A DNA stretch of 20,243 nucleotides, from the NCBI GenBank assembly GCA_042216015.1, contig JBDGUI010000036.1, forward strand, positions 1 through 20,243, written 5' to 3'. Of this stretch, positions 1 to 8,000 are shown in pieces. Every line of letters starts with the position of its first letter. Position 1 is the first letter of the stretch. The translations under genes and the position numbers were made by a program. The notes beneath the pieces were generated by a model. That model had not been told where the DNA came from. It did no database searches and saw only the letters and a program-made list of their open reading frames with translations. Source of the stretch: Halodesulfurarchaeum sp. Its GTDB lineage: Archaea; Halobacteriota; Halobacteria; Halobacteriales; Halobacteriaceae.

Positions 1-70
1 CTCCCGCTCCATCCCGATCCTCATTCTCCTCCCCAATCCCATCTCCCGCTCCATCATCAACCGCTTCGCG

Positions 71-958
71 CTACTCCGCAGATCCGCCGGTGCGAAGGTG
101 GGTGAACACGTAGGTCTGCGTGTACCCGGGTCGAGGACCGAGTCGAGACCGTATCGCCCGCGAGGTCTCGCCGTAGGAGCCCCTTTGGGCATCGGGGAAG
201 TACTCCGCGATTGCCGACTGGATCCAGGTGTCAAGCGGGACCGGTTCCTCGAATCCCATCCCGAAGAGGAGGACACAATCCGAGACCTTCGGTCCAACGC
301 CGACGAATTCGGTCAACGCGTCCCGTGCGTCTTCGTAGGGCATGGAGGGCACCGAATCGAGCGCAACGCCCCCATCCCGGAGCAACTCGGCAGTGGCTTT
401 GACGTACGGCGCGCGATACCCGAGCCCGAGATCCCGCAATTCGCGCTCGGTTGCCCGGGCCAATCGCTCGGGGGTCGGAAAGGCATGCACGGTCGTGTCC
501 CGCCACTCGATCGGATCCCCGTAGTGCTCCCGGAGATCCGTCACCAGCCGATGAATTCGGTCGATCCGCATCTGGGCCGAGAGGATGAAGGAGAAAAGCG
601 TCGGCACGACTGGTTCGGTCACCAGTCGGAGCCCAGTGAACCGATCCTTTGCCGCCTCCACGACGGGTTCGTCTGGAAACGCGTTCCGAATGTCGGGCAG
701 GTTCGCGTCGAGGCCGAGCCGCGCTCTGAGCGTGGCGGTCGGGTCGGTGGTCGATCGCCAGTCGAGGCCGCCTCTCCGCTCGCTGACTTCGATCACCTCG
801 CCGTCGGCGATTGTCTGGAACCATTCCCCCTCGGACCCCGCATCGAGTCCGTGGCTCCCGTCTTCGGGCTGCCAGAGGAACGTCTGCCCGCTCTCGAGGG
901 TCGTTCGCAGGTCGATCTCCCCCGGAATCGAACTGGCGGGGACGTGCCCGGATTTCAT
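71..958 (-). CDS. HhH-GPD DNA glycosylase (8-oxoguanine glycosylase / AlkA-like)
   Basis: OGG-N-like start (IDLRTTLESGQTF), LGLGYRAPY, HhH motif FVGVGPKVSDCVLL with catalytic Lys, followed by PLDTW. Confidence 0.88.
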   Translation of the reverse strand: MKSGHVPASSIPGEIDLRTTLESGQTFLWQPEDGSHGLDAGSEGEWFQTIADGEVIEVSERRGGLDWRSTTDPTATLRARLGLDANLPDIRNAFPDEPVVEAAKDRFTGLRLVTEPVVPTLFSFILSAQMRIDRIHRLVTDLREHYGDPIEWRDTTVHAFPTPERLARATERELRDLGLGYRAPYVKATAELLRDGGVALDSVPSMPYEDARDALTEFVGVGPKVSDCVLLFGMGFEEPVPLDTWIQSAIAEYFPDAQRGSYGETSRAIRSRLGPRPGYTQTYVFTHLRTGGSAE

Positions 959-1010
959 CGCCCGACGTTAGTGATCGGGAGGGAAAACCTGTCGGATCGG
1001 GGCCAATCTA

Positions 1011-1018
1011 TTTTTATG
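1011..1018 (+). promoter_or_regulatory. Probable TATA box of the DUF555 gene (leaderless-type spacing)
   Basis: TTTTTATG 26-33 nt upstream of the ATG at 1044. Confidence 0.55.
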
Positions 1019-1043
1019 CCGGGCGTCAACGGTCAACATACCC

Positions 1044-1553
1044 ATGGATTGTCGAGTCGTCGTCGAAGCGGCGGTTCCGGTGTACGACGTAGAGACAGCG
1101 GACGAGGCCGTTCGGATCGCCATCTCGAAGACCGGAGAGATGCTCAATCCCGACCTCAACTACGTGGAGATCGACATGGGCACGCGCGCGTGTCCACATT
1201 GCGGGGAGGAACTCGACCCCGCCTTCGTCGCGGCCGACGAGAGCCTGGTCGCCCTCGAACTGGAGATGACGGTCTTCAATGTGGAACGGGAGGAACATGC
1301 CTCACGCATCGCCCGAAAGGAGATCGGCCAGCGCCTGGAGAACATCCCGCTCGAGGTTCTCGAAGTCGAGGTACTCGAGGAGGAGTCCGAGGAAGCCGAA
1401 TCCGATTCCTCGGCCGAGGAGGCGGATGCCGGGTCCGACGATGTTGAGGCCGAGTCAGATGGGGAATCCGTCGACTCGGATGCCGAATCCGAAGAGACGG
1501 ACACCGACTCGGAGGACGTTCTCCCGGAATTCGAAGAACTAATCGAGGACTGA
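1044..1553 (+). CDS. DUF555/UPF0212 family protein with CPxCG motif and acidic C-terminal tail
   Basis: VVVEAAVPVYDV...DEAVRIAISKTG...CPHCG...HASRIARKEIG resembles archaeal DUF555; acidic composition. Confidence 0.8.
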   Translation: MDCRVVVEAAVPVYDVETADEAVRIAISKTGEMLNPDLNYVEIDMGTRACPHCGEELDPAFVAADESLVALELEMTVFNVEREEHASRIARKEIGQRLENIPLEVLEVEVLEEESEEAESDSSAEEADAGSDDVEAESDGESVDSDAESEETDTDSEDVLPEFEELIED

Positions 1554-1683
1554 CCGGGTTCACGAACCTCATCGGGCGGTTTCCCGAGACGTTGCTCTCG
1601 GTCGTCGATCGGACCCTCGGGATGGGCGCCCGGTCACAGCCGTCGCTGGTCGAGTGATACGTACCGATCGGTTCGCTCGGGAT

Positions 1684-1923
1684 TCAGTCGGCCTGGGGCG
1701 TGACGGTCTCCGTGGCCTCGGCGGAGTCCATCGTGCCCGTAATTCCCTTCGCCAGCGCAAAAACAGCGGCCTTGTGGTCAGTTTTCGATTTGTGGATCGA
1801 TGTCGGTCGTACACCCTTGGATTCGTACTCGTCGAGCTGAAGTTCTTTTGCGGAAGCGCGCTCGTAGAAGTTCCCGACCTCGGCGAGGAGTCCATGCAGG
1901 TGAATGAGCTCCTGTTTTTTCAT
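1684..1923 (-). CDS. UPF0058 family protein
   Basis: MKKQELIHLHGLL...PTSIHKSKTDHKAAVFAL signature; ATG at 1923 preferred over TTG at 1929; TATA-like element near 1951-1960. Confidence 0.85.
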   Translation of the reverse strand: MKKQELIHLHGLLAEVGNFYERASAKELQLDEYESKGVRPTSIHKSKTDHKAAVFALAKGITGTMDSAEATETVTPQAD

Positions 1924-2016
1924 GTGCAACCATCTGTAACGACTACACCGTTATAGTATTACTCTGAGGGGAGTTACCAAGGGTTGTACCCTCCAAATTC
2001 TGGATCGACGCCTGCT

Positions 2017-2029
2017 GAAAGGCTTTTAG
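2017..2029 (+). promoter_or_regulatory. Probable BRE/TATA of the aIF2-beta gene
   Basis: GAAAGGCTTTTAG ending 23 nt before the ATG at 2052. Confidence 0.55.
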
Positions 2030-2051
2030 GGGGCCGCCGTCTGGTATCGAT

Positions 2052-2450
2052 ATGGACTACGAGGAGCAACTCGAGCGCGCCCTCGAGAAGAAGCCGGACA
2101 TCCGGGAAAAGGAGAGTCGATTCGAGGTCCCCGATCCCGACCTCCGGAAGGAGGGAAACGTCACGGTCTTCGAGAATTTCCAGGAGATCCTCTCTGCCGT
2201 GGGTCGAACGGAGGAACACGTGCTCAAGTTCCTGCAGGACGAATTCGGGACGAGCGCCCACATCGACGACCGTGGTCGGGCCCGGCTCACGGGTCAGTTC
2301 AACGAGACCCGGGTCACGGATGCGATCGAGGAGTACGTGGAGGCCTACGTCATCTGTCCGGAATGTGGCCTTCCCGACACCCATCTCACGCGAGAGCACG
2401 GCGCAGAACTGCTGGAGTGTGACGCCTGCGGCGCCCGTTCATCGGTGTAG
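2052..2450 (+). CDS. eif2b: Translation initiation factor 2 subunit beta (aIF2-beta)
   Basis: MDYEEQLERA..SRFEVP..GNVTVFENF..YVICPECGLPDT..CDACGA zinc ribbon. Confidence 0.95.
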   Translation: MDYEEQLERALEKKPDIREKESRFEVPDPDLRKEGNVTVFENFQEILSAVGRTEEHVLKFLQDEFGTSAHIDDRGRARLTGQFNETRVTDAIEEYVEAYVICPECGLPDTHLTREHGAELLECDACGARSSV

Positions 2451-2599
2451 GTGGATCGACCGTCCACGGGAGCGGTCCGAATTCGGAACTGGTAGGGATA
2501 TCCGTCTCTCGTGGCGTGGGAAGCCCCCTGCGGTGGGAGAAGTCCCGAGACACGGGGGGTGGAAGGGAAACCGGATCGGATGAATCGTGCGGAGCTGCT

Positions 2600-2782
2600 T
2601 CAGGAGAGTTGCTTCAGGTTTTCGAGATCGCGATCCGTCCGCATGAACTCGCTGGTCCGACGGGTCGCATGACAGTTCGGACAACTGAAATTCTGCTCGG
2701 CGTCGGGGAGTTCGCTCGGCGTGGCCTCCCAGGCCTTCCGGCACTCCGAACAGACCAACTGGACGTAAGCCTCATGTGGCAT
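2600..2782 (-). CDS. Small haloarchaeal CPxC-type zinc-finger protein (60 aa)
   Basis: CSEC and CPNC pairs; C-terminal EFMRTDRDLE resembles conserved haloarchaeal small proteins. Confidence 0.78.
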   Translation of the reverse strand: MPHEAYVQLVCSECRKAWEATPSELPDAEQNFSCPNCHATRRTSEFMRTDRDLENLKQLS

Positions 2783-2827
2783 GCGTTCGCACAGTGGGGT
2801 GCCCAGGGGAAAAACTTGCTGGCCTCC

Positions 2828-3094
2828 CTAGATGCGGCCGACTTCCTCGACGGCGACGGACTCGACGCCCTCGACGGATCTGAACGCTTCCTCGACGCCC
2901 TCGGTTCCGCCGGCGTCGTCCGGGACGATCACGGTCGGGTAGAGTGCGACGAGGCCGAAGGCGACCTCCTCGCGGTCGACGTCGTTGATCTTGGCGCCTT
3001 CCGGGAGCGAGTTGCTCAGCCGATCCTCGAGCGTGTCGAGATCGAGGTCCGGACTCTGCGGCATGACCTTGATGACGGCGGCCACTTTTCCCAT
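2828..3094 (-). CDS. ef1b: Translation elongation factor 1-beta (aEF1-beta), 88 aa
   Basis: [16 protein letters not shown]...[10 protein letters not shown]...VEGVESV; the start is the ATG at 3094, not 3265. Confidence 0.95.
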   Translation of the reverse strand: MGKVAAVIKVMPQSPDLDLDTLEDRLSNSLPEGAKINDVDREEVAFGLVALYPTVIVPDDAGGTEGVEEAFRSVEGVESVAVEEVGRI

Positions 3095-3095
3095 C

Positions 3096-3269
3096 CTAGG
3101 GCCCCCGGAATCCGCACTCTGGACACTCATAGAGGGTACTCTGCTTTCGACAGGTGGCACACCGATAGATCTGATGGCCACATTCCGGACAGGTGAAGGC
3201 CGCCGCATTTGTCCCCGAGATATTGATCCCGCAGGAGACACAGCGACGGGCCCGGTCGGTCTCACTCAT
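3096..3269 (-). CDS. Four-CxxC zinc-finger protein (HVO_2753/DUF1610-like), 57 aa; absent from the ORF track
   Basis: Manual translation [57 protein letters not shown]; stop 1 nt before the ef1b ATG; this family is usually found upstream of ef1b. Confidence 0.92.
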   Translation of the reverse strand: MSETDRARRCVSCGINISGTNAAAFTCPECGHQIYRCATCRKQSTLYECPECGFRGP

Positions 3270-3367
3270 ATGCTACATGTCCCTACCCGGCCCGTTCCGT
3301 TTAACGGTTGTCTTTCGGCCCGCCACCGACCGTCCCACTTAACCCGGACCGCGCGGAACGCTCCATC

Positions 3368-4204
3368 ATGAGTGATCGGGGCTGGTTTCGGGACCTCTCG
3401 GAGCCCGACGTCGAACGCGGAGCGGCGGCCATCCGGGACGGCGAGGCCAAAGCGCCTGGGCCATGGCCGGAACTGGCCGTCGAGGAGGGGTTTGTCGACA
3501 GTCGAATGGACTATTACGAGGCGCTTCATGAGGCGACCATCGCCGCCGCCGCCGAGGCTGCAGCGGCAATGGAGCGGGCCACGGACCGACAGCTGGTCCA
3601 CGCCATTCGGGCGGTGGATCACCTGGCGGAGACCGAAAACGAACTCGCCGAACGGGTCACGGAGTGGGCCGGGAGCCAGTTCGGCGAATCGAGGGAGGGG
3701 ATCGAGTACGCCCTCGAGGTCGCCGCCCGTAGCCCCGAAACGGCCGTCGAGGCCGAAATCGTCGATCTCGCGGGGACCGTTCGAGACCTGCATCAGCGGC
3801 GGGAGCGCCTCCGCACGTTCGTCGCCGAGCAGGCTCCGGTCGTGGCGCCGAATCTCTCGATGCTCGCCGGCCCGGAGCTTGCAGCCCGCTTGATCGCCCT
3901 CGCAGGGGGTCTCGAATCCCTCGCGAAGAAGCCAAGCGGAACCGTGCAGGTTCTGGGTGCCGAAGACGCCCTTTTCGCCCATCTCGAGGGGCACGCACCG
4001 TCCCCGAAACACGGGATCATCTTCATCCACGAGTACGTTCGGGACACCCGCCCGGAACAGCGTGGATCGGCGGCCCGGGCTCTCGCCGGCAAACTGTCCA
4101 TTGCCGCGCGAATCGATCACTATCGCGGCGAGCGCCATCCGGAGCTTTCAGCCGAACTCGACGATCGGATCGAGACGATTCGCTCCAGGGGTGAAGGACG
4201 ATGA
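3368..4204 (+). CDS. nop5: Box C/D sRNP protein Nop5 (Nop56/58)
   Basis: VAPNLS..AARLIALAGGL..PSGTVQVLGAEDALF..PKHGIIF..ARALAGKLSIAARID; CTTAAC at 3338-3343 supports the ATG at 3368; ATGA overlap with flpA. Confidence 0.95.
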   Translation: MSDRGWFRDLSEPDVERGAAAIRDGEAKAPGPWPELAVEEGFVDSRMDYYEALHEATIAAAAEAAAAMERATDRQLVHAIRAVDHLAETENELAERVTEWAGSQFGESREGIEYALEVAARSPETAVEAEIVDLAGTVRDLHQRRERLRTFVAEQAPVVAPNLSMLAGPELAARLIALAGGLESLAKKPSGTVQVLGAEDALFAHLEGHAPSPKHGIIFIHEYVRDTRPEQRGSAARALAGKLSIAARIDHYRGERHPELSAELDDRIETIRSRGEGR

Positions 4205-4830
4205 CGCTCCCCGAGGGCGTCGAGCGCCGAGAGATCCAGGGCGAAGTGGGACTCGCCACCGAGGGGGAACCGGTGTACGGCGAACCGACGGCGGCGGGAT
4301 GGCGCCGATGGAATCCCCATCGATCGAAACTCGGAGCGATGCTGGCGTTGGACTTCGAAATGGGGATGGAAGCGGAGGATTGCACGCTCTATCTGGGAGC
4401 GGCGACTGGCACGACCGTCAGCCACGTCGCGGACTTCGCCGGCCCGACCTACGCCGTCGAGTTCGCCCCACGGCCGATGCGGGACCTCGTCTCGGTCGCA
4501 GAGGCCCGTCCGAACCTCTTTCCCCTGCTTGCCGACGCCCGCCGGCCGGAGACGTACGGGCACGTGGTCGAATCCGATCTCGACCTCCTGATTCAGGACG
4601 TGGCGACCACGGAGCAGGCACGCGTCGCGAACCGAAACGCGCGGTTCCTGGCAGCCGACGGGACGGTTCTGTTGGCCATCAAGGCCCGGAGTGAAGACGT
4701 GACCCGGGATCCCGCCGTCGTGTTCGAGGAATCGCTCTCGACACTCGAAACGACGTACGAGATCCTTGAGACGGCGGAACTCGATCCCTACCACACAGCC
4801 CACCTCGGCGTCGTGGCAACGCCCCGGTAG
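4201..4830 (+). CDS. flpA: Fibrillarin-like rRNA/tRNA 2'-O-methyltransferase
   Basis: [45 protein letters not shown]; directly downstream of nop5. Confidence 0.96.
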   Translation: MTLPEGVERREIQGEVGLATEGEPVYGEPTAAGWRRWNPHRSKLGAMLALDFEMGMEAEDCTLYLGAATGTTVSHVADFAGPTYAVEFAPRPMRDLVSVAEARPNLFPLLADARRPETYGHVVESDLDLLIQDVATTEQARVANRNARFLAADGTVLLAIKARSEDVTRDPAVVFEESLSTLETTYEILETAELDPYHTAHLGVVATPR

Positions 4831-4897
4831 GGCAACAACGGGCAAGCGATGGCCGACTTCAGGAACTATTTACGTCGACCGCTCTCTAATTCGACCG

Positions 4898-5980
4898 ATG
4901 CCGAACGGGCCAGGAGCCGTCTTCGACGAGCTGGGGACGGTTGGGGTCGAAGAGGAGTATTTCGTGGTCGACGAGGACGGCGTCCCGACGGCCGGGTCGG
5001 ACGAACTCGTCTACGAGAACGAGGCCCCGGAACCGATAACCGGCGACGTGGATCACGAGCTGTTCAAGTTCGTCATCGAGACCCGCACGCGAAAACTCGA
5101 TTCTCCCGAGGAGGCACCGATGGCGGTACGGGAGATACGGACCACGCTCCAGGAGTATGCCGCCGAATACGGATTTCGGATCGCCGCCGCGGGGATTCAT
5201 CCATCGGCTGACTGGCGGCTTCAGGAACACGCCGAAAAGCCCCGCTACCGCTCACAACTCGACCGGATCCAGTACCCTCAACACCGTAACACGACCGCGG
5301 GATTACACGTCCACGTCGGCGTCGACGATGCCGATAAGGCCATCTGGATCGTCGATGAGATCCGGCAGTACCTGCCCTTGATGCTCGCACTCTCGGCGAA
5401 TTCGCCGTTCTGGAACGGATTCGACACCGGTCTCTGTTCTGCGCGGGCGAAGATCTTCGAGAACCTGCCGAACACCGGCATGCCGACCGCCTTCGAGAGC
5501 TTCGAGGCGTATCGGGCATTCGAGACACGGATGCTGGAGACGGATTCGATCAGGGACTCGGGCGAACTCTGGTACGACGTTCGACCGCACACCGACCTCG
5601 GCACCGTGGAGGTCAGGATTCCCGACGCACAGGACCGGGTGGGCCACGTCGACGCCCTCGTGGAGTACACCCACGCGCTCGTGATGGATCTCGCTGCACG
5701 GTACGAAGACGGCGAGTCGGGGCTCGACGTGCGCCGGGAACTGCTCGATGAGAACAAGTGGCGGGCGATGCGACACGGTCAGGAGGCCGAGTTGATTCGA
5801 CCGGATGGGAAGCCCCTTCGGGTCGGGACGATCGTCGATCGCGAGGCCGATCGCCTCGGGGTTTCCGGCATTAGCGAAATATTCGAGGCCGAAAGTGGGG
5901 CGAGAAGGCAGCGTCGAATCCTCGAGGAGTCGGGAGCCCGGGCACTCAACGAGGCGCTTCTCATCGAACCGCGGCGATAA
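4898..5980 (+). CDS. gshA: Glutamate--cysteine ligase (GCS2/YbdK family)
   Basis: [68 protein letters not shown] promoter-like element at 4863-4873. Confidence 0.93.
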   Translation: MPNGPGAVFDELGTVGVEEEYFVVDEDGVPTAGSDELVYENEAPEPITGDVDHELFKFVIETRTRKLDSPEEAPMAVREIRTTLQEYAAEYGFRIAAAGIHPSADWRLQEHAEKPRYRSQLDRIQYPQHRNTTAGLHVHVGVDDADKAIWIVDEIRQYLPLMLALSANSPFWNGFDTGLCSARAKIFENLPNTGMPTAFESFEAYRAFETRMLETDSIRDSGELWYDVRPHTDLGTVEVRIPDAQDRVGHVDALVEYTHALVMDLAARYEDGESGLDVRRELLDENKWRAMRHGQEAELIRPDGKPLRVGTIVDREADRLGVSGISEIFEAESGARRQRRILEESGARALNEALLIEPRR

Positions 5981-6044
5981 CGTAAATGCCCGCTCCGGGC
6001 GAGGGTTTAAACCTGCCCGTCACTTTTGTCCTCGTGAAGACAAC

Positions 6045-6659
6045 ATGAACGGGGACGAACCGCAGAACGGACGGCGGGAATCGGATGCGGGCGGCGAGGA
6101 ATCGGGAACTGAATCCTCCACCGAGCTAACCGACGAGTCAGTCCCGTCCGAGGCGGACACGCCGACCGAGTCGGACGACGGAGCGGAGGGGAACTCGAGC
6201 CCGGAAGCAGGGACGGGTGCGCGTGATCGAATCGAAGCCGGGGCGGACCGCGCGGTGACCGAACTCGACTCCCGCGTCATCGACATCCTCTCCTGGCTGC
6301 TCGACACCGAGACCAGGGGACGCATCTACGTCTATCTCCGACAGGATCCCTGGAGCACGAGCGAGGAGGTCGCCGAGGGGACCGGTCTGTACCCGAGTAC
6401 CGTTCGGGAAGCCCTCGCCGAACTGACCGAGGAGGAGATCGTCGAGCGGCGGAAGCGCGAGAGCGAGGGTGCCGGTAACAACCCTTACGAGTACAAATCC
6501 ATCGCCCCGAGCGACCTCGTTGGAAGCGTCGTCGGGCGCGTGCAAGAGGAACTCAACACGATTTTCACCATGGACTTCCGGGGCGGAGACGACGCGGAGT
6601 CGACCCCGGAGCCGGTCCGGATCGAAGTCAGGGAACACCCGGAAGACTCGGAGGAATAG
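6045..6659 (+). CDS. Winged-helix (ArsR/TrmB-like) transcriptional regulator with acidic N-terminal extension
   Basis: LLDTETRGRIYVYL...TSEEVAEGTGLYPSTVREALAEL HTH, followed by GNNPYEY; TTTAAA at 6006-6011. Confidence 0.85.
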   Translation: MNGDEPQNGRRESDAGGEESGTESSTELTDESVPSEADTPTESDDGAEGNSSPEAGTGARDRIEAGADRAVTELDSRVIDILSWLLDTETRGRIYVYLRQDPWSTSEEVAEGTGLYPSTVREALAELTEEEIVERRKRESEGAGNNPYEYKSIAPSDLVGSVVGRVQEELNTIFTMDFRGGDDAESTPEPVRIEVREHPEDSEE

Positions 6660-6720
6660 GCCGAGAGCGTTCGAGGCGACAAACCCAACCTCTAAACGCA
6701 CGCGAATCCTCCCGCGGGAT

Positions 6721-7221
6721 ATGGACGTGGCGCTCGGGGGGACGTTCGATCCCATCCACGACGGTCATCGCAAACTCTTTCGTCGTGGGTTCGAACTCGG
6801 CGATCTCACGGTCGGATTGACCAGCGACGAGCTGGCCCCAAAAACTCGCCACGAGCCGCGGTACGTCAGACCGTTCGAGGAACGAAAGGCCGACCTGGAG
6901 GCCGAACTGGCGGACATCGCGGCGGAATTCGATCGCGACTTCGAGGTCCGCCGACTCGAAAAACCGACCGGAATCGCCGTCGAGCCCCAGTACGAGGCCC
7001 TCGTCGTCACCCCGGAAACCAGGGAGGGCGGCGAACGGATCAACGAGATTCGTCGGGAGCGCGACCTCGAGCCCCTTCGAATCGTCGTCGTCGAGCGACT
7101 CCTGGCCGAGGACGGGGACATCATCTCGAGCACCCGGATCGTGCGGGGCGAGATCGACGAACACGGCAGCCTCACCCCCGATCGGACGGGCCGGGAGAAC
7201 GACGCCTCGGCGATCCGGTGA
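6721..7221 (+). CDS. coaD: Archaeal phosphopantetheine adenylyltransferase
   Basis: ALGGTFDPIHDGH (HxGH), VGLTSD, VVTPET, ISSTRI..GEIDEHG. Confidence 0.93.
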   Translation: MDVALGGTFDPIHDGHRKLFRRGFELGDLTVGLTSDELAPKTRHEPRYVRPFEERKADLEAELADIAAEFDRDFEVRRLEKPTGIAVEPQYEALVVTPETREGGERINEIRRERDLEPLRIVVVERLLAEDGDIISSTRIVRGEIDEHGSLTPDRTGRENDASAIR

Positions 7222-7256
7222 GTCGGCGGTTTTCTGGTCGGGCAATCACCAGTACG

Positions 7257-7565
7257 CTACCAGGTTGGAGTTTCGAACCCCGCTTTTTCAAGCAGTGGCC
7301 GCCATCGGGACTGAACGGTGGGCCGGGAGACGCCGGCCGCCTCGGCGACGGCGATCTGTGAGCGCTGATCGCCGGCGATCAACGCGCCGGCGTAGATGCT
7401 CGTGGCCAAAAGGGCGTCTTTCGACCGCTTCTCGACGGGGAGTTGGGAGAGGAAGAGTTCCTGGGCTACCGAGCGGGCTTGGGCACTCAGTTCGAGCCGG
7501 TCCGCGATTTGGTCGAGTGCGGCCAGGGTCGATTGTTCGGCCCGCTCGGTGCCGGCGCGATACAT
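7257..7565 (-). CDS. Single cyclin-fold / TFIIB C-terminal-repeat family protein (102 aa)
   Basis: IADRLEL..AQELF..LLATSIY..RSQIAVAEAAGVSRPTVQSRW; the upstream ORF extension overlaps the tRNA and is rejected. Confidence 0.8.
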   Translation of the reverse strand: MYRAGTERAEQSTLAALDQIADRLELSAQARSVAQELFLSQLPVEKRSKDALLATSIYAGALIAGDQRSQIAVAEAAGVSRPTVQSRWRPLLEKAGFETPTW

Positions 7566-7651
7566 GGGCGAAGGAACCCCTGGGAGTGAGTTAACGTTTT
7601 CCCGGGATCCTCTCGTGAGTCTTATTGGGATGCCCGTGGAAGTTATAGCGT

Positions 7652-7734
7652 GCGCGGGTAGCCAAGTGGCCAACGGCGCAGCGCTTAGGACGCTGTCCCA
7701 TAGGGGTCCGCAGGTTCGAATCCTGTCCCGCGCA
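7652..7734 (+). tRNA. tRNA-Leu (anticodon TAG at 7686-7688), long variable arm, no encoded CCA, no intron
   Basis: Acceptor stem GCGCGGG/CCCGCGC+A; D-loop AGCCAAGTGGCCAACGGC; anticodon arm CAGCG-CTTAGGA-CGCTG; T-arm CAGGTTCGAATCCTG. Confidence 0.96.
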
Positions 7735-7807
7735 GTGAGCGAGCGAAGCGAGCGAACGAGCAGGAGAGATTCGAATCCTGGAAATCGACCGAAGGGAGAT
7801 TTCATCC

Positions 7808-7826
7808 GGTTCGAATCCTGTCCCGC
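7808..7826 (+). repeat. 19-bp direct repeat of the tRNA-Leu 3' portion (copy of 7713-7731)
   Basis: GGTTCGAATCCTGTCCCGC occurs at 7713-7731 and 7808-7826; a shorter TTCGAATCCTG copy is at 7770-7780. Confidence 0.9.
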
Positions 7827-7860
7827 CCAATGCGAGGTCGAGCATAGCGAGACCTCGAAT

Positions 7861-7978
7861 GCGAACGGGGAGGGAGGACCCGTGAGGAGCGAGACGGGAC
7901 GGAGGAGCGTCTCGGAATAAGCGAACGGGGAGGGAGGACCCGTGAGGAGCGAGACGGGACGGAGGAGCGTCTCGGAAT
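7861..7978. repeat. Tandem duplication, 60-bp period, two copies with 58 identical nt, each with internal hairpins
   Basis: 7861-7918 is identical to 7921-7978; each copy contains ACGGG..CCCGT and CGAGACG..CGTCTCG stems. Confidence 0.95.
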
Positions 7979-8000
7979 CGGGACTTTCGAGCCGGTTTTC

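Noticed and set aside
98..1447. 449-aa plus-strand ORF and similar long Arg/Pro-rich ORFs (e.g. 12774-13928, 13529-14833, 16440-17714)
   Set aside because: Antisense or off-frame shadows of recognisable genes in GC-rich DNA; no motifs and not the acidic composition of the real proteins
3095..3265. N-terminal extension of aEF1-beta
   Set aside because: The region is occupied by the 57-aa zinc-finger gene in another frame
3270..4897. Box C/D guide sRNA next to nop5-flpA
   Set aside because: No RUGAUGA...CUGA pair seen in the flanking intergenic segments
7760..7830. Second tRNA gene
   Set aside because: Only T-arm and 3' acceptor sequence is present; no D-arm, anticodon arm or matching 5' acceptor strand
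7861..7978. CRISPR array
   Set aside because: Two adjacent near-identical 60-bp units with no unique spacers; no cas genes in the window
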